Shown here: positions 61,053-64,000 of the stretch, piece by piece
How the letters are laid out: each line of letters begins with the position of its first letter
Position numbering within the stretch: position 1 is the first letter of the stretch
Assembly (NCBI GenBank): GCA_030167865.1
Contig: JALAGF010004817.1
Coordinates: forward strand, 1-64,000
DNA: 64,000 nucleotides
Direction of reading: 5' to 3'
DNA from: Craspedostauros australis
Lineage: Eukaryota
Made by a program: the position numbers and the translations under genes
Notes under the pieces: model-generated
Database searches by the model: none
Seen by the model: only the letters and a program-made list of their open reading frames with translations
What the model was told of the DNA's origin: nothing

Positions 61053-63801
61053 CTAGGCCAATCCGTTGTGTCGCAGCAAGGCATCGGGAGTTGGATCACG
61101 CCCGCGGAACTGCCGGAACACGTCGGATGGGTGCACTCCACCTCCGAGGGACAGGACGGTGTCGCGGAAGCTGCGACCGACCTTCTTGACCTCTTCTTCG
61201 TTGTCCAAACCGGCATCCTCGAATGCACCAAAGGCATCGGCGGACATGACCTCCGCCCACTTGTAGCTGTAATATCCGGCCGAGTAACCACCGGCAAAGA
61301 TATGCGAGAAAGCGCAGAGGAAACGATCTTCGGCCAATGGGAGCTGGTATGGGCTGTACTTCTCAGACATGCGTTTTTGCACATCGAATACGGTCTCGTC
61401 GCTGGCTGGGTCGTAGTTGGAATGGAGCTCGATGTCGAGCATTCCGAATGTGAGCTGACGGCACGACATCATTCCAGCGTTGTAGGTCTTCTGCGCGCAG
61501 AGCTTCTCGAAGAACTCCTCTGGCAATGGCTCGCCGGTCTCGTAGTGCTTGGCAAAGCCGTACACGGTGGCCTTGTCGTAGCACCAGTTCTCCATGAATT
61601 GGGATGGCAGCTCGACGGCATCCCACTCGACTCCGTTGATACCGGCGACGTCGCCGACGGACGCCTTGGTGAGCATGTGCTGGAATCCGTGTCCGGCCTC
61701 GTGGAAGAGAGTCTCAACCTCGCGGAACGTCATGAGGGATGGGGTGTCACCGACCGGTGGACTTCCGTTGCATGTGAGGTACGCCACGGGGACGTCGCGG
61801 TCGCAGGCGTCGGACTTGCCGATGCAGACATCCATCCAGGCGCCGCCTCTCTTGTCGGCTGGGCGGGAGTATGGATCCAGGTAGAAGGAGGCGATGTGTT
61901 CGTCGGTCTCCTCGTCGTGGACGGTGAAGAAACGGACGTCGTCATTCCAGACCTCGGCCTGCCCATCGGCAGCCTTGATGGTGATACCGAAGATGCGCTT
62001 GACGAGTCCGAAGAGTCCGTCGAGGACCTTCTCGAACTGGAAGTACGGACGGAGCTCCTCCTCCTTGAGTTCGAACTTTGCCTCCTTGTAACGTTCGGAC
62101 CAGAAGGTGGTGTCCCATGGCATGAGCTTCTCAAGGTTGGCTTCGGAGTAGTCCTCGCCGCCGTTCTCGCGTGCGTAGGCGGTGATGGATTCGAGCTCCT
62201 TGTAGGCAGCGGGCAGGGCCTTCTCGAGGATGAGGTCCGACAGCTCCTCGACGGAGGCGACGCTGGGTGCCATCTTGGCCGCCAGGCTCTTCTCAGCGTG
62301 GTTGGTGAATCCCAACATCGAGGCTGCCTCGGCGCGCAGGCTGAGGATCTCATCGATCAACGGCACGTTGTTGCGTGCGCCGTCGGCGTCCTTCTCGATG
62401 TCGGATGCCTTCGTGAGGTAGGCCATGTAGATGGCTTCGCGTGTGGCGCGGTCTGGGATGTGCTGCATGGCGGCGAGGTAGGAGGGTCCGTCCAGGGTGA
62501 TCTTCCATGGGCCTGCCTCCGCGTTTGGCTCCACCTTGTCGTCGTCGGTGGAAGCCCCCTGCGCGTACATCTGCGCCCACATGCCTAGGGCGGAGTCAGG
62601 CACGCCCTTGACCGTGTCGGCATCCTCGATGACCAGGCCGAATGCCTTGGTGCTGTCGAGGACGTTGTTGGAGAACTTGAGGGAGAGCTCCGAGAGGCGC
62701 ACTTTGATCTCGTTGAAGCGCTCCTTGGCATCGCCCTCCAGACCAACGCCGCCGAGCTTCATCTGCAGGAGGGACTTCTCGACGGCGCGGGCCTTCTGCT
62801 GATCGAGGAAGGACTCGGCGTCGTCCGGCAGCGAATCCTGGATGCTCTCCAGGGCATCGTAGAGCGGCTTGGACTGCGAGAACTTGGAGAAGGCCTTGAC
62901 GACCTTTGGCTGCGCCTCCTCGTAGGCCTCGCGCAGCTCATCTCCGTTCTTGACTCCGTTGAGGTGGCCGGCGACGCCCCATGCGTATCCCAGCGGCTCC
63001 TGCATCTTCTCCAGCTCCGGAATGACCTGCGGGTACTCGATGGCCGTCTCCTTCTCGTTCTGCACCAGGCTTTCCTCCAGAGCAGCGAAGTCGGTCTCGA
63101 GCTTGTGCAGCAGGGAATCCACGGCTGGCGTCAGGTGCTTTGGCTCGATGGAGGCGAACTTGGGAAGTCCAGCTTGGTCCATCAGCGGGTTCTCCACTGT
63201 GGTGGCTGTGGCGGTCATGGTGCGGTGTGTCGATGCGATGCAAGCTGTGGGTGAATATAATATAATAGAATATTATATAATCGAAGTGTATGAATGTGTA
63301 TGAATACGTGTGAATGTGTATGAACGTGTGTGAGCGTATTTTGTGTGGGAGCCAATTTGGTGAGCGTGCGTTGGTTTGTGCGGCGAACGAAACTGAAAGC
63401 GAAAAAGAAAAGGAAGAGCATCGAAGAGAACAGAACATGAATGGCCTCTCTGTCGTTGGGGATCAAAGGCAACCAACCAAGAAACGATCTTTCATCCCCA
63501 CGCGTTGTGCATCCACACGCCATCCTCCAACGCACTCCATCAAACAACACATTACATTACAATACACCACATGACATGCCAACCAACGAAAGCTGATGAC
63601 AGAGTACCTCTCGCACGCGTCAGCAGCGGCCGATGCAGCAGGCGTCGTAGCATCATGGTCAGATTTTATGACGGTTCTCGTTTGCCGCTTGTGCAATCCT
63701 CGTCACTCACCATTGCTGGCTGCCTTGACGTGCGTGAAGGCCGAAGCCGCACGGCTGGATGTCAGCAAAATCAGCGTGGTAACCTTGGAATGGAACTTCA
63801 T
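61053..63801 (-). CDS. prlC: M3A oligopeptidase A (organellar oligopeptidase-like); main exon 63244-61053, alternative first exons 63801-63711 or 63656-63608
   Basis: Zinc motif LFHEAGH, plus KRGGAWM, WDAVELPSQFMENW and GGYSAGYYSYKWAEV. Each upstream phase-1 exon splices in frame to the CACAG acceptor at 63245. Confidence 0.92.
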
Positions 63802-64000
63802 GGTCAACTCTTTGTTCTATGGCAACAATGAAGCACAATGACAGAGTGATGGTGTTGCTATTGTCGTTGCTGTTGCTGTTGTTGTTGCTATTGTCGTTGT
63901 TGGCTCTGATCTTGATGACGATGATGGCATCAGCGGTTGCAAACACTTGACGAAGCAGCCACAAAGGTGGCGCCGATCTTGTTCTTGGATTGCACTTTGT

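Noticed and set aside
60972-62588. 538-aa plus-strand ORF
   Set aside because: It is the antisense shadow of the GC3-biased oligopeptidase gene and has no motifs of its own.

Overview
Eukaryotic, intron-containing nuclear DNA, most consistent with a pennate diatom: GT-AG introns with GTAAGT/GTACGT/GTGAGT donors, ASAF-type bipartite plastid presequences, GC3-rich coding regions and microsatellite-rich spacers. I can support about 18 genes. They are a 5'-truncated Sola3-like DDD transposase, three MBOAT_2 acyltransferase paralogues with identical intron positions, a single-pass protein with six Cys-containing repeats, two SGNH-like type II membrane paralogues, a small spliced orphan, a 2340-aa coiled-coil protein, a plastid TrmH/SpoU methyltransferase, a plastid orphan, a PDI-C/ERGIC-thioredoxin, an RCC1+BTB protein, a TPR protein, a PqiA-domain membrane protein, a K2P potassium channel, a CRAL-TRIO protein and an M3 oligopeptidase A. 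There is also a probable solo LTR. Highlights: (1) The oligopeptidase gene has two candidate alternative first exons, one encoding a plastid ASAF presequence and one a mitochondrial-type presequence, and both splice in frame to the same acceptor. (2) The repeat-protein gene changes frame at a canonical G_GGA_AAA -1 slippery site followed by a hairpin. (3) The K2P channel has a very large mucin-like extracellular loop containing RXL motifs. (4) One intron contains a C-to-T-mutated copy of its own gene's exon. All gene models were spliced by hand, and all family calls come from motif recognition rather than database searches.
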